Source: Octopus sinensis
Lineage: Eukaryota
Direction of reading: 5' to 3'
Length of the DNA: 64,000 nt
NCBI RefSeq assembly: GCF_006345805.1
Contig: NC_042999.1
Coordinates: 108,314,001 to 108,378,000 of the forward strand
The translations under genes and the position numbers were made by a program. Below, piece by piece: positions 40,490 through 52,716 of the stretch (within the stretch, counting starts at the first letter, position 1; the number at the start of each line of letters is the position of its first letter). The notes under the pieces are model-generated. The model did no database searches, was not told where the DNA came from, and saw only the letters and a list, made by a program, of their open reading frames with translations.

Positions 40490-40850
40490 TGGAGTGAATT
40501 TTAGGGCTTATAAATCTAATATTTTCCTGTCCTTCCTTAATACCGGTTCCCATATGCTATTCATATCTGCACTCAGTCTGCTTAGGAGGTTGTTGTGTCC
40601 TAGCATATGTGCTGCTTCTTTTAGTTTTTGTATTTTCCAGTGGTGTTCTCTGTCTATTATTTTAACTTCATCCCACAGGGGGAGGTGGTCTCTATTTTTC
40701 CATACATGATCAGCTATACCTGATTTATCAATATCTCCCCGTGTCACAGCTTTGCGATATTCCTCTACCCTTATTTTGAGGAGGCGGAATGTTTTGCCTT
40801 TGTATAACCTACTACATGCTGCCCCCTCAAAATAACGGTAGAGGAACATT
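40490..40850 (-). mobile_element. Penelope-like GIY-YIG endonuclease C-terminal fragment
   Basis: ORF 40508-40849: CSRLYKGKTFRLLKIRVEEYRKAV..KSGIADHVW..WDEVKIIDRE..KLKEAAHM, typical of the PLE GIY-YIG domain (Y.GET.R.L..R..EH). Confidence 0.85.
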
Positions 40851-41020
40851 GCAAAGCTGTGACATGAGGAGATATTGACGAATCAGATATAGCTGATCAT
40901 GTATGGAAAATTGGAGACCACCTCTCCCTGTGGGATGAAGATAAAATAATAGATAGAGAATGCCACTGGAAAATACGAAAAGTAAAAGAAGCAGCACATA
41001 TGCCAGGACACAACAACTTC
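40825..41020 (+). mobile_element. Inverted second copy of the Penelope GIY-YIG fragment
   Basis: 196 nt reverse-complementary to 40586-40781, with 19 mismatches by manual alignment. Confidence 0.9.
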
Positions 41021-41105
41021 ATATGTTATTTAATGATAGATTGGTTCAGCTCCAGGCACCTTCAAATTTTATAGGCTCATCAAACAAACCTAATTCTTCA
41101 AGCTC

Positions 41106-41200
41106 ATAGAAACTGATTGAGGTGAGTCCAAGATTGTTCCTGAATAATTGGTTGCTCAATATCCAGAAGTCTTCTTGGATTTGCCTCATTCAGTTTCTAT
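41106..41200. repeat. Inverted repeat, 28-bp arms, 39-nt spacer
   Basis: ATAGAAACTGATTGAGGTGAGTCCAAGA versus TCTTGGATTTGCCTCATTCAGTTTCTAT, 4 mismatches. Confidence 0.85.
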
Positions 41201-41416
41201 TCACCTCACAAGTTTGATGCATTTGACAAGCTTATAAAACTTTAAGTTACATATGTATATATGTATATGTAAGTGTATTTGTGCATGTGAGTGTGTGTGT
41301 GTAAGTCTGTTCTTCAAAGTGTTGCACATTGAAACTGAACATAAAACCAAATAGTTGCTAAGCAAGCTTCTTAACCACATATCCATGTCTATACCTTTAC
41401 ACATGCACATGCGCGC

Positions 41417-41462
<46 letters not shown>

Positions 41463-42774
41463 GACTTAGGATATAAATGTAGCACACTTGTAGCACAGGG
41501 ATGGGGGAGTGTCATCAAATATCTTGAAAGACAGAAGTGACATCATGCCAAACATGAATTCATTAGTGTATTGTAATAATTTGAAATATAAGAAAATATA
41601 AAGTGACAGATAATGTTGTTCTAGTTCCCCCTTTTCAGTTGTTTTGATTTCTCTATGGCATATGTTATAAATAATCACTGTAAATATTCTGATCTCTATA
41701 GAATATTCTGTTACCAATTCAAATTTTCACCAGTGATGAATTAATCAGTAGTTAAGCATAAATCTATTTTGATAAAATATCAGTTTCTCTGACCCCCCCA
41801 GGTCAAGAGATATTTGAGATTTGTTTATTATGCAGATTGCAGAAAAGATTTAAGACAACCTTGTTTTACACAAGTGCCAAAGTTTATGAAAGTTTACTGA
41901 TGATATCCATTGTTTTGTTTTGCTACCATCTATACATTTTTCTGGTCTTTTACTTATCTACTTACTGACCTGTCTGTCTTTCTCCCTAACTGTCTGTCTG
42001 ACTCTCTCTTTCTCCTTATATATTTCTTTTGTCATATTGTCTACTGCATATGTATGTGCTTTATTTATCTGCCTAATAGTTTCTTTGTTTTATACTTTCT
42101 CTTTTTATTTGCCTCTATGTGCAATAAATATTAGTCTCTATAAGCCTCGGTACTAAAACATTTATTTATTTATCTATATGTTTGTTTGTTTGTCCATCTG
42201 CCAGTTATCCCATAAAGTTATGTTTAGCATTTTTAATATAGTTATTGCAGCTAGGTATTACCTTTACTAATATAAGCCAGTTGTGGGGAGGCCTCCATGA
42301 AGCCTTTTGATCTACTAGAAGCAACAGCTGAATTTCCTCAAACAACACTCTATCGTCTTGAGAAAAGGGAATACTGAATAATATAGTCCATAGTTCAGTT
42401 TCCTACCAAAGAAGCAGTTTGGTCTTCGCATCGATGTCTTTGATGATCAGTCTGCTAAATCAAGGTTAATTGGAAGCTAAACAATAATCTCAACAATAAC
42501 AGCTCATCAAATTCAATCCCATTGTTCTACAACTTGAGCAAATGTCTTCTACCATTAACTTCAGGTTGTGCAAAGCTTTGTGAGTAAAATTTCATAAATG
42601 AATCTATTAACTCATTTATCACTCTTATATTGGCCCTTGCATCCCTTTAGCAGAGTCCACTTTGTTGAAAAGATTCAGGCCAAGCTTCATCTTGTGATGA
42701 AAGTCTTGAAAGTGGGTCTTGGGTGCTGCTTCTCCTTTTTTTGAGTAAGTATAAAAATTGCATATATGTTGGAT

Positions 42775-43052
42775 ATGAACATTGGGCTCACAATAATGAG
42801 GTAGTGAGTTTGATTCCCAGACTGGGCTGTGTGTTGTGTTTTTGAGCAAGAACTTTATTTCATGTTGCTCCAGTTCATTCAGCTGTAGAAATAAGTTGTG
42901 ATGTCACTGGTGCCAAGCTGTATTGGTTTTTGCCTTTCCTTTGAATAACATCAGTGGTGTGGAGAGGGGAGGCTGGTATGCATGGGTGACTGCTGGTCTT
43001 CCATAAACAACCTTGCCCAGACTTCTGCCTCGAAGGGTAACTTTCTAGGTGC
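42775..43052 (+). mobile_element. Same core-domain SINE family
   Basis: Shares TGAGCAAGA..CTTTATTTC..TTGCTCCAGTTCA..GGTAACTTTCTAGGTGCA with 59075-59407. Confidence 0.82.
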
Positions 43053-43246
43053 ATGACACATACACACACTATGCATTCATTCATTTAACTCTGTTTTACT
43101 GTAATAACAAAGTCTTCATTTATGTTAATATCAAACATAATGTACAAAGATAAAATAAATTATATGAAAATAAAATGGGAAATTAATCCTTTTTTTTAAC
43201 TAGAACTTATAAAGGCTTTTATGTAGTTCCTTGAATAACAATATAA

Positions 43247-43346
43247 TAACCAATTAAGCAATTACTAGTAATTAGAAATAGCCAGTTAAGCAATTACTAG
43301 TAATTAAAAATAACCAATTAAGCAATTACTAGTAATTAGAAATAAC
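43247..43346. repeat. Three-copy 32-bp minisatellite containing the palindrome AATTACTAGTAATT
   Basis: Palindromes at 43260-43273, 43292-43305 and 43324-43337. Confidence 0.9.
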
Positions 43347-44177
43347 TGCTATTTTACTTGTTGAAATAATGATTTCTAATGTAGACAGAAAGCCTCAAAT
43401 TTTGGGAGAAAATATAATTAATTAACATCACCCTTTGTTCCTGTCTGATACCTTTGTATACATTTCATTGACTCGAAAGGAGTGAAAAGCAAAGTTGACC
43501 TTAGCAGGGTTCAGGGTAACAATGTAAAGAGTCATAGTTGTATTCTTCAAAAGCACAAAAGCAGTACTGCAACACTGGTTGGAGGATAGCGAGGAAGAAA
43601 TATTGACTTGTAGGTTACAGCAGCAAGAAACGGCACATTTAGGATAAGTTACATTTACGTCAGCGTTCTGATCTGAATACTTGCTACAGAGTGAGCAGGC
43701 ACTGCTAAAGGCATCCATTGGCCAGCTCAGGTACTGAAGTCAGTTCAATCACCTGTATTTTTCCATAAAAATATGTGGTTTTGTGCCAAAAGTAATGAAT
43801 TACAATTATGCAAATTCTCTGATAGCTGCAGTGTATAATAAAAATTTTAAAACAATATTAAATATCGCAACATTTTTATGTTAACAAAGCGTGAAGAGGC
43901 TGGTGTTATATAATATCACAGTAGAAATATGTAATTGTTGTTATGAATAAATTCTACTTAAACTTCAACATCTATCATCATCATTTTACTTCCACTCTCC
44001 ATATTGGCATAGGTTAGATAGATTGTTCAGTCTGAGTCATTTTTTTTTAATTGATAGCACACTGGTGCTCATACATGTAATTTGGTTTGGTTTCTATGAT
44101 TGAATTCCTTTCTTTTCACTAACAACTTTATGGAATGTACTGGAAATATTTTCTTATAGCATCAATACTATAGATAT

Positions 44178-44398
44178 TACGAGTAGGTGCTGAAAAGTTC
44201 CTGGTTATGGGTAAAAGAAAACACAGGAGGATCAGTTAATTATGATTTTATTCAACCTATTCTCCTCGCAGATTCACATACTTATTGCAGTGGTCCTTTA
44301 GTTTTTCTCAGCCCTGTGAAAGAACTTGGAAGGTTGGACCTCCACACAATCCTTTCATGATGCCCTTAACATCAGGAACTTTTCATCACCCCCTCATA
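44178..44398 (+). mobile_element. About 220-bp mariner-type MITE, copy 2
   Basis: TACGAGTAGGTGCTGAAAAGTTCCTGG ... CAGGAACTTTTCATCACCCCCTCATA; homologous to 32016-32237. Confidence 0.85.
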
Positions 44399-47300
44399 AA
44401 TAGACCCTTGTGAGGCAGAATTAAGGGGACCTCACGATCCTACATTTTCTCTCCTCATTTGCCCATCTCTTTACAATGTGTCTACTGAGTGCCTTTTCAA
44501 GGCATCAGCACTAGAGAGGTAACTGTGTTCACTGTTCACATGTAGAGGGAACAGGGTAGATTCCACCAAAGCATAGGAGGAAGGTTGCTTTGTACACATA
44601 TATGCGGAGTATTCAGTAAGCTAAGCTATGTAGACTATAGAGGGAAAAAAAGGCGAGAGAGAGAGAGAGAGAGCAAGACATCAGGAGGACCAGAATGAGT
44701 GTGATGGAGCAGTGTGTGTATGTGTATGTAACAAGTTATGAGACTGGGCTGTTAAATTAATTATTTTAATATCTAAATTAACATCCTTGTAAATTATTTA
44801 CCTTATACCAAAAGTAACTGTGCATAGGAACTAATTGGAACTGGTCAATTGACTTTGCTGAAACATAGTTAAGAAGTTTGCAGCCATCTTGAAAACAAGG
44901 GAATTTAAGGACAGTACCAAACATTGACCTGAAGGAAATCACTGTTTTATTTGTGTTAATGACATTCAGTTGTCTCCTTGGGACAATAATGAACAATGAG
45001 AAGCTAAAAAGATATTGGTCATTGCCAAAAAAGAAAAAAAAAACCAGTTTCACATCCCTATGTCAAGAATCTTTTGAACACATTGTGAAATTCTTGATCA
45101 ATTTCATACAGAAATTGATATTGTGAATCTCATAATCTTGGTCAAAGTGACCAAAGACGTGAAGATGAATTAATAGAAATCAGATGCATTGAAGGAAGAT
45201 ACTAGATATCCTATATATCAAGGCTGTTTGGAACCACTGCATTTGGGAAATATGTCACCTGATGCATGTGTGAAGTTGATACAACAATAGAGACAACTGC
45301 AGTAGATAATATTGCATTTCAACAGAATCAACATTACTCATGTAGTACAGCTTAACATTGCATATATCAATGTTCTAAATGATATAATAAATTTATTAAT
45401 TTATTAGCCTGTAAATCATAATGATAAATAATAAATTTAATAAATTAATTTATTAAAATAGAGATAATAAATTTTCTAAGGAATTGGCTTTTTTGGTGAC
45501 CCAAAGAATTAGATTCATGAACCTGTACACATATGAATCAAGCTTATGTTAAACATATTGAATTGCAGCTTATCACAGTGAATTCTTTTACAAGACAGCT
45601 AGAGATTATTCGTGTACTTGATAGGAAGGGCCCAACTGTACTGTAAAACAGGTGTTATATGTAATTTTCTCTTGGAACTGTGAGCCAAAGATTTTGATAT
45701 CAGTCAACATCCTTGAATTTCATAATGATAATCAGTGTTTGGCTACAGAAAATAGATTAGCTACATTCCTTAAAGCAGCCCTTTATCACACACAGTCAAA
45801 TGGAAATGCAGATTGAAGGTTCAAATGATGAAAACGGTGAGAGATATTTTCCTTACATGGAAAAAAGTTGAAGTACTTTTTGCCCTGTGAGTCATTTTTC
45901 TTCAGTAACTATGCTACAAAGTCCCATGTTAATTGACTGTTAGATTTCTCTTCATTCCATCATGTCCTGTTCTATAGATGAGCAGATGTAGTATAAAAAA
46001 ATAATGGTTTAATATTGGAAATTGTAAACTTAGTGATTTAAGCTGGCTACAACATTACTCTCATTACAATGAACAAGACTAGAACTTTGGCTCATGCAGA
46101 CCAAATCAGATGTCGGTGTGGGCAACTTAAAATAAGTGAGAACGATGCAGTGGAGATAATGTCACTCCTGGTTTGAGAAGCATCCCTTTTGATAGTCATA
46201 TGAATCAACAGGCTCAAATTTGTAGTGGAAGGATCCTTAAATTAACTTCATTTTTCAGAGTATTAAGCTCATATACTTTGAAGAGATGTAATGAAACAGG
46301 TGCTACGTAGTGTTAAAGTAGAAATATGAAACTGTTGTTTTGAATATACATGGCTCTAAACTTCAGTGTGTGTGTGTGTACTTCTCATCCTATAGCATAA
46401 AGTTACCTCTCTTTTCACCATAGTTCCAATGTCAAAGGAGATCTTAGTCATGTAGGTTGCATGATGACCGCATTACTATTGGTACCATTAAAAGATCACT
46501 CATTACATGTTGTTTGGCATTTGGAAGGAAATCTATCCATTGAAACTTTACAAAAGCAGGCATTGGGGCATGATACAGTCTTCAGACCCATCAGGTCCTG
46601 TCAACCTATCCAGCCCATAATTAAATGACAGGGGCTTCTTTCAGTTTCTATCCACTAAATCCACTCATAAAGATTTTGTTGACCCAGGTCTATCGTAGAA
46701 GACCAAAATGCCATCTTATGGGACTGAACCTGAAATTATGTGGTTTATACACATGTGTGCATGCACACCTACACACACACAGCAAGTTATGAGACTGGGT
46801 AATTGGAAGTGGTCATGAAGACAAGAAAGCCAGTAGCTTGATAAATGAAAATGCCATTAGCTTACAACAGTTAATGAGATTATTTTGATATACACTATAT
46901 TGAACCTGTTTCTTATTTAAATGTTCTTTGTTGAACTGTTTATCATAATATCTAAATTCACATATTTGTGAATCATTTCCATCACAACACAAAGCAAACT
47001 AAAATGAAACATCACTTACTTAACATTTAAATGACTTTTACATTGCAAATGTGTTGTCTTGTCATTTCTTTGAATTTTTGAAGCAGTTCTTCATAAATTA
47101 TTGCTACTTAGCACTGGGAGAGGCTGTGTACTAAGTAACAGGTTATATTATGTTTATATTTAATGCTTGTTTCACTCACAAATTTTGAATTGATTTGACC
47201 TTATAAATATTTTCACATGGTTGTTTTTCTTTTTCTGCTGTTTCCTCTCTCTCTCTCACTCTCTATCTATCTATCTCTATCTATCTCTATCTATCTATCT

Positions 47301-47907
47301 ATCTATCAATCTACCTATCCCCCTCTTTCTCTCACCTTATGTATATATATATATATATATTCTCTCTCCTTATTTCTTTCTATTCTGTTTTCCTTTTATT
47401 TGTTATCCACACCTATTTAAAAGCTTTCTTGAAAGATTACTGCATGTATTTTAGCATTTTTGCCAATGTTTAAATGATGTTGCACTGATGATTATCTGTA
47501 AGAATCAGTATTTGCTTCACACTCTTCGGAGAATAATTCTTTCTTAATATTTCCTCTTTGATGTTCACTTTTATTCAGATATATTCATTGTGCATTTAAT
47601 TACTACTAATTGTGTTAGTAACATTGTCAAGATTATAATTGTTTTCTACATTTATTAGCTTAAGGTTTCATATTATAAACCTTTTCTCATGTAGGTAACA
47701 CAGTATATGTATGTTCAGATTGATTTAATCATAAAAGATAACATTTCAGTTGTAGTATACTGTTAGCAGATAAGGTTTGCCAGGTAATATCTAAGAGTTA
47801 GTCTCATATTCTGTCCTTCAAATTCCTTATACCTTATCAAATAAGCTTTACTGAACCTACAAGAGAAGTTATTATGTGGTTATTCAACAGCTAAACATAT
47901 CAAATTT

Positions 47908-48336
47908 AGGATCTTTTAAGTTTGAACGGCAGTTTTTTCTAGCGGTGTCGTATGAAATTGTCACCCATAATTATTACCCTAGTATCAATCTATTGCATTT
48001 CAATCTGTTTTAGGGTTAGGGTTAGTTAGGGTTATGGGGTGGGGGGAGGGTATCTCTTTTTCTTCACAAATGTAAATAAACCCAATCTGTTTCTTAAACG
48101 AGGGACATATTCATACGGCACAGAATGTTATTTACCTCAATAGACATCACTGATTGGTTGAAATTGCAGAAATTGAAGAAAGAAAGCAACAAATATCTTA
48201 CAAACTATAGAATTTTCTCAATAAAGCCAAGAGAAAAAGATGTTTTATAAGCACATTCTACCAGTATACGAAGTTTAAAATTTTTTAGTTACCTAGAAAT
48301 TATGTTAAAAACTGCCGTTCAAACCGAAAAGATCCT
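47908..48336. mobile_element. 429-bp TIR element (MITE) with 7-bp TSD and internal TTAGGG repeats
   Basis: About 30-bp TIRs AGGATCTTTTAAGTTTGAACGGCAGTTTTT and revcomp AGGATCTTTTCGGTTTGAACGGCAGTTTTT; CAAATTT directly flanks both ends (47901-47907, 48337-48343). Confidence 0.88.
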
Positions 48337-48879
48337 CAAATTTATATACCATACTCAAAACATTAAAGGCTGATGTACTGAATGCTGTAAGCAAAAAAAT
48401 TTGTAATGGAAATTTCTCTTTTAAAGAAAACTACTACCTAATTGCAATTGTTGATGACTCTTAGAGAAAACAGGGAGATAATCTGAAGAAATTACAAATA
48501 AATTGTTCATCATCATCATCATTTAGCATCCGCTTTCCATGCTAGCATGGGTTGGACGGTTCAACTGGGGTCTGGGAAGCTAGAAGGCTGCACCAGGCCC
48601 AGTCTGATCTGGCAATGTTATCATTAAAAAAATAATATCCTATGGTCACATAGGATAATGTAAACCTGGATAAACTATGCATGACTAACAGATGGGATAG
48701 TCATTGCTGAAATGTCTTTGATCACATCTCTGTTTGATCAAGGCTGGCATGGAGCTAAATAACAACATTCAGAAGTTTTTTTGGCATTATTTAATGATGT
48801 GGGTATTAAATATATTCTAGTAATAATAGTAAAAATAATTTCCTTACTACAACAACAACAACAATAATCCTTTCTTCTA

Positions 48880-49310
48880 TAGATGCAATGCCTGAAATTT
48901 TTTTGTGGGAGGCAGTTGATTACATTGACCGTAGAGCTCAACTGGCACTTATTTCATTAACCCTAAAAGGTTGAAATGCTAAGTTAACCTTGGCAGAATT
49001 TGAACTGAGAATGTAAAGACATGAAATGCCACCTAGCATTTTATCCAGCATGCTAACAATTCTGCTAGCTCACTGCCTTAACAACAACAATAATAATAAT
49101 CCTTTCTACTAAAGGCACAAGGCTTGAAATTCTGGGGAAGGGGATTAGTCGATTACAATGATCCCAGTGCACAACCCCAAAAGGATGAAAGGCAAAGTTG
49201 TCCTCAGTGGAATTTGAACCCAGACCATAAGGATAGATGAAATACCACTAAGCATTTTGTCTGGCATTCTAACGATTCTGCCAGCTTGCTGCCTAACAAT
49301 GATAATTATA
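48880..49310 (-). mobile_element. Tandemly stacked copies of a SINE-like repeat (GCAGAAT..TTAG..AAATGCTTAG family)
   Basis: Two head-to-tail units separated by (AAC/AAT)n. Related units at about 50750-50880, 51030-51250, 51890-52090 and 62290-62830. Confidence 0.7.
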
Positions 49311-49896
49311 TTAACAGTAATTGCTTCTAATGTAGGTACAAAGCTATGGATTTTGTGAAAAGTTAGTCAATTCAATCGTCATTATCATTTAATGTGTTTT
49401 CCATGCTAGCATGGATTGCAGTTTGACAGGAGCTGTTAAGGTTGAGGGCTGCACCAGGTTCCATTGTCTGTTCTGCCATGCCTTTCCTAATGCCACTCAC
49501 TTTTCAGAGTGTACTGGATGTATTTGACATGGCCTCAGCACAAGCACTTTTAACATGACACCAACACTGGTATCAATCCTGCTGTGGTGGATGGGCCTTC
49601 TTGAATACAGCAAGGTGCCAGATATCTTGGTCCTTTCTGAACCAACTTCAGTAATTGATAGGTACATTACATTATTGCACCTGGAAGGATGACTGGTAAA
49701 GTTGACCACTTGCATTTAAACTCAGATCTTAAAGAACCAGATCAAATATCACAAGATGTTTTATCCCAAGCTATAAAGATTCTGCCATTCCACTACACTT
49801 GATAATAGTAACAATGATAATTGTTACTATCACCTCACAAAGTAAGAAGTTTTAAGGGGAAGGGCTAGTTTATTAAATCACCTCCAGTACATCACT

Positions 49897-50746
49897 CGCG
49901 GTAATATAGAGGATCTTCGTCGATGCCTCCACCAAATTTGGAAGTGGTCTAACAATTGGGACCTGTGTCTGAACGTGTCAAAGTGCTGTCATCTGCCTGT
50001 CGGCTCTACTCCTGCAACTCAACTTGATTTCGAGCCGGGTCGTCTGCTGCTGGAGAGGACCGATCAGGTAAAGGACCTAGGTATCTTGGTGGATTCCTCC
50101 TTTTCGCCTTCGGCCCAGTGCGTCCATGCTGCCAACAAAGCACGCGGAATTCTGTTCTTGATTCAACGGTCATTCGGAATGCTCACAGCAGCCATATTCC
50201 TACCACTCTATGTCACGCTGGTGAGACCCATATTGGAGTATGGGATTCAAGCCTCTTCTCTTTATCTCCTCAAAGACATACAGCATCTCGAAAGAGTCCA
50301 GAAGCTGGCTACCCGCATGGTTCATGGTCTCAAAAATTTGTCCTACGAAGAAAGGCTGAGGACGCTCGACCTTTATTCTCTTGAAAAACGCCGCCGCCAT
50401 GGTGATCTCATTCTTGCCCACAGCATCATAAGTGGAAAGTGTAACCTCTCGAAAGAGCTGTTCTTCACTCCTGCTCCAGAGCGTCGGCTGCGGGGTCATT
50501 CCGAAAAGCTCTACCTGCGACGATTTCATCTCAATCGAAGGAGAGGAGCTTTCTCCGTCCGGGTTGCGGATCCGTGGAACAAGCTGCCAGACGAGATGGT
50601 GAAGATGCCGATGACCGCTTTGTTCAAAGCCTCCCTTGACCTCAAGTGGCCTGAACTCTTTACATGAACACCACCCTGTACTTAACTCCATGTCTTAATG
50701 GCCTTGCTATTTGCTTTTGAGCCAAATTAACTAACTAACTAACTAA
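49897..50746 (+). mobile_element. 5'-truncated CR1-clade LINE with open ORF2 C-terminus and (CTAA)n tail
   Basis: Uninterrupted frame 49897-50667: WSNNWDLCLNVSKC..KDLGILVDSSFS..LYVTLVRPILEYG..LERVQKLATRMV..SYEERLRTLDLYSLEKRR..GDLI..RGH..FSVRV..WNKLP. Short 3' UTR, then CTAA repeats at 50727-50746. Confidence 0.95.
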
Positions 50747-51814
50747 ACTGATACTTTATTTTATCAATCCCAGAGGAATGTAAAGCAAAGTTGACTTTGG
50801 TGGGATAGCATTATAGCAAATTGCCACTAAGGTATTTGGTCAAATGCTAATGATTCTGATAATTCACCACCTCTTTACACTTTACAAAGGTTACACTTTC
50901 AAATGTAATACTTATTTATCCAGATTGTTTTGAATTAATTATACATTATCTTGTAGCTTCAAGATGTCATAGTCATGACAGCTTTTCTTTAGAATGACAT
51001 CATAGGGTTGGTGTCAAAGGCTGGATCTGCCCCTAAAGGATGAAAAGCTAGGTGGGATTTGAACTCAAAATGTAAAGTTTTGGAACAAACACTGCAAAGC
51101 ATTTTTTTCCAACACTAATGTTTCTGCCAGCTAGCTTTCTGCTTTAGGCCAGCAATTTTGAGGAGAGGGATCAATAAAATAAAGTACCGTTTCTTATCTG
51201 ATATTGCATTTTATTGATCCTGGAAGGATGAAAGGCAAAATAATAATAAATGCCCTGATGCAGTACCAGGCATTGGCTCTCATGGCTTCTGATCTTAGCT
51301 GATTGGAAGTGTTATCATATACATTGTTTCATCATGGCATAAGAGATGGGCCACAGCAAATATTCTGCTCAGTACCACAGATTTGCTTGTCAGTTGTTTG
51401 ACTGACCTCATCCAGTGGAACATGTCCCTTAGTGGCTGATGATAAGTGCCTCTCTGATCTTGAGCAGAAGCAGTGGAGGAGCATCTTAGCCATGTGTTGA
51501 GAGGAATTCTTTGGAGTTTGGATAATTCATCTTTGGAAAAATGGGTGTTTTGCTCAACATCCTTAAACAAACCTTATTTAGGGACCTTTTGAGCATGAAG
51601 GGCTACTTGACCTGAAGAAAATTCTAACTGGGCCCCACCTGCAAGGTCATGCACTGTTTATCTTGATATAAGATCGCTATATTGTGGCACATATGGTTGT
51701 GATGCATGTGCCTGGTGTAACTTTATCAGACAGGTAGTCATGATGGGTATACTGGGCTTTGTGTATTTTACCCTAGTGTCACTTTGATGGCATGCGCTGT
51801 TCTCTCACTCAGAA

Positions 51815-51866
51815 ATAATAATAATGATAATAATAATAATAATAATAATGATAATAATAATAATAC
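51815..51866. repeat. (AAT)n microsatellite
   Basis: Direct reading. Confidence 0.93.
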
Positions 51867-52260
51867 TAAGAAGAAGTAGAATTGTTTTAATATACACACA
51901 AAGCCTGAAATTTGGGGGAGAAATAAGTTGATTATAGCAAGCCTAATACTTGTTAAGTATTTAATTTTCTTGACCTTAGAAGGGTAAAAGACAAAGTTGA
52001 TCTCAGTAGGATTTGAACCTAGAGCATAAAGAGACAGAACTAAAGCACCAAAGCATTTTATCCAATGTTCTAAAAATTCTGCCTCTCTACTGCTCTTAAA
52101 AGGGATAATGATGATGATGATGGTTGTACTAGTGGCAGCGGCAGCGGTGATGCGGCAGCAACATTTACTGTGTACAACTTTTGTTATGTTTAGCTACCAA
52201 AAAGAGTGATTTCAAAGCACTACTTAATATATTGTTTTGTTACACGTGCATGCGCACACG

Positions 52261-52315
<55 letters not shown>

Positions 52316-52716
52316 TGAAACTTTTGCTTGACAAACAAAGAACTCCAGAATTGAGACAGTAGTGAGTAGTGAAATGTCCGCAAGGTGTTTTTGACTGAAC
52401 AACTAAAAATAAAATGTTGGTGTCTACTAAGTGAAATGTAGTCTTGTAACATACACGATTTGTTTATTCCAATTACACATAATGGGGACTGTCTGTTTTA
52501 ATAGGTTGAAATTTCATATTCTGACAGATAAATCAAGGAGGTCACATGATCTTTGGCAAATGAACTATTCTGGGGGAAATCTAAACAACTTCTGAATGGT
52601 TTGAACTTATAAAAGATTTTCTTTCCTTTTTCTTTTTAATTTGAAATTGAAATTATCTTATTTATTTATTTTAAAGCTGTTATGTTACATTCTTGCGTAA
52701 ATATAGGAACAGTTAT

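Noticed and set aside
45100-46320. Complex non-repeat sequence with semi-open frames
   Set aside because: Stop density is not clearly below chance and no motif is recognised.
50118-50691. Alternative-frame and antisense ORFs (88 aa and 163 aa)
   Set aside because: Shadows of the GC-rich CR1 ORF2 fragment.
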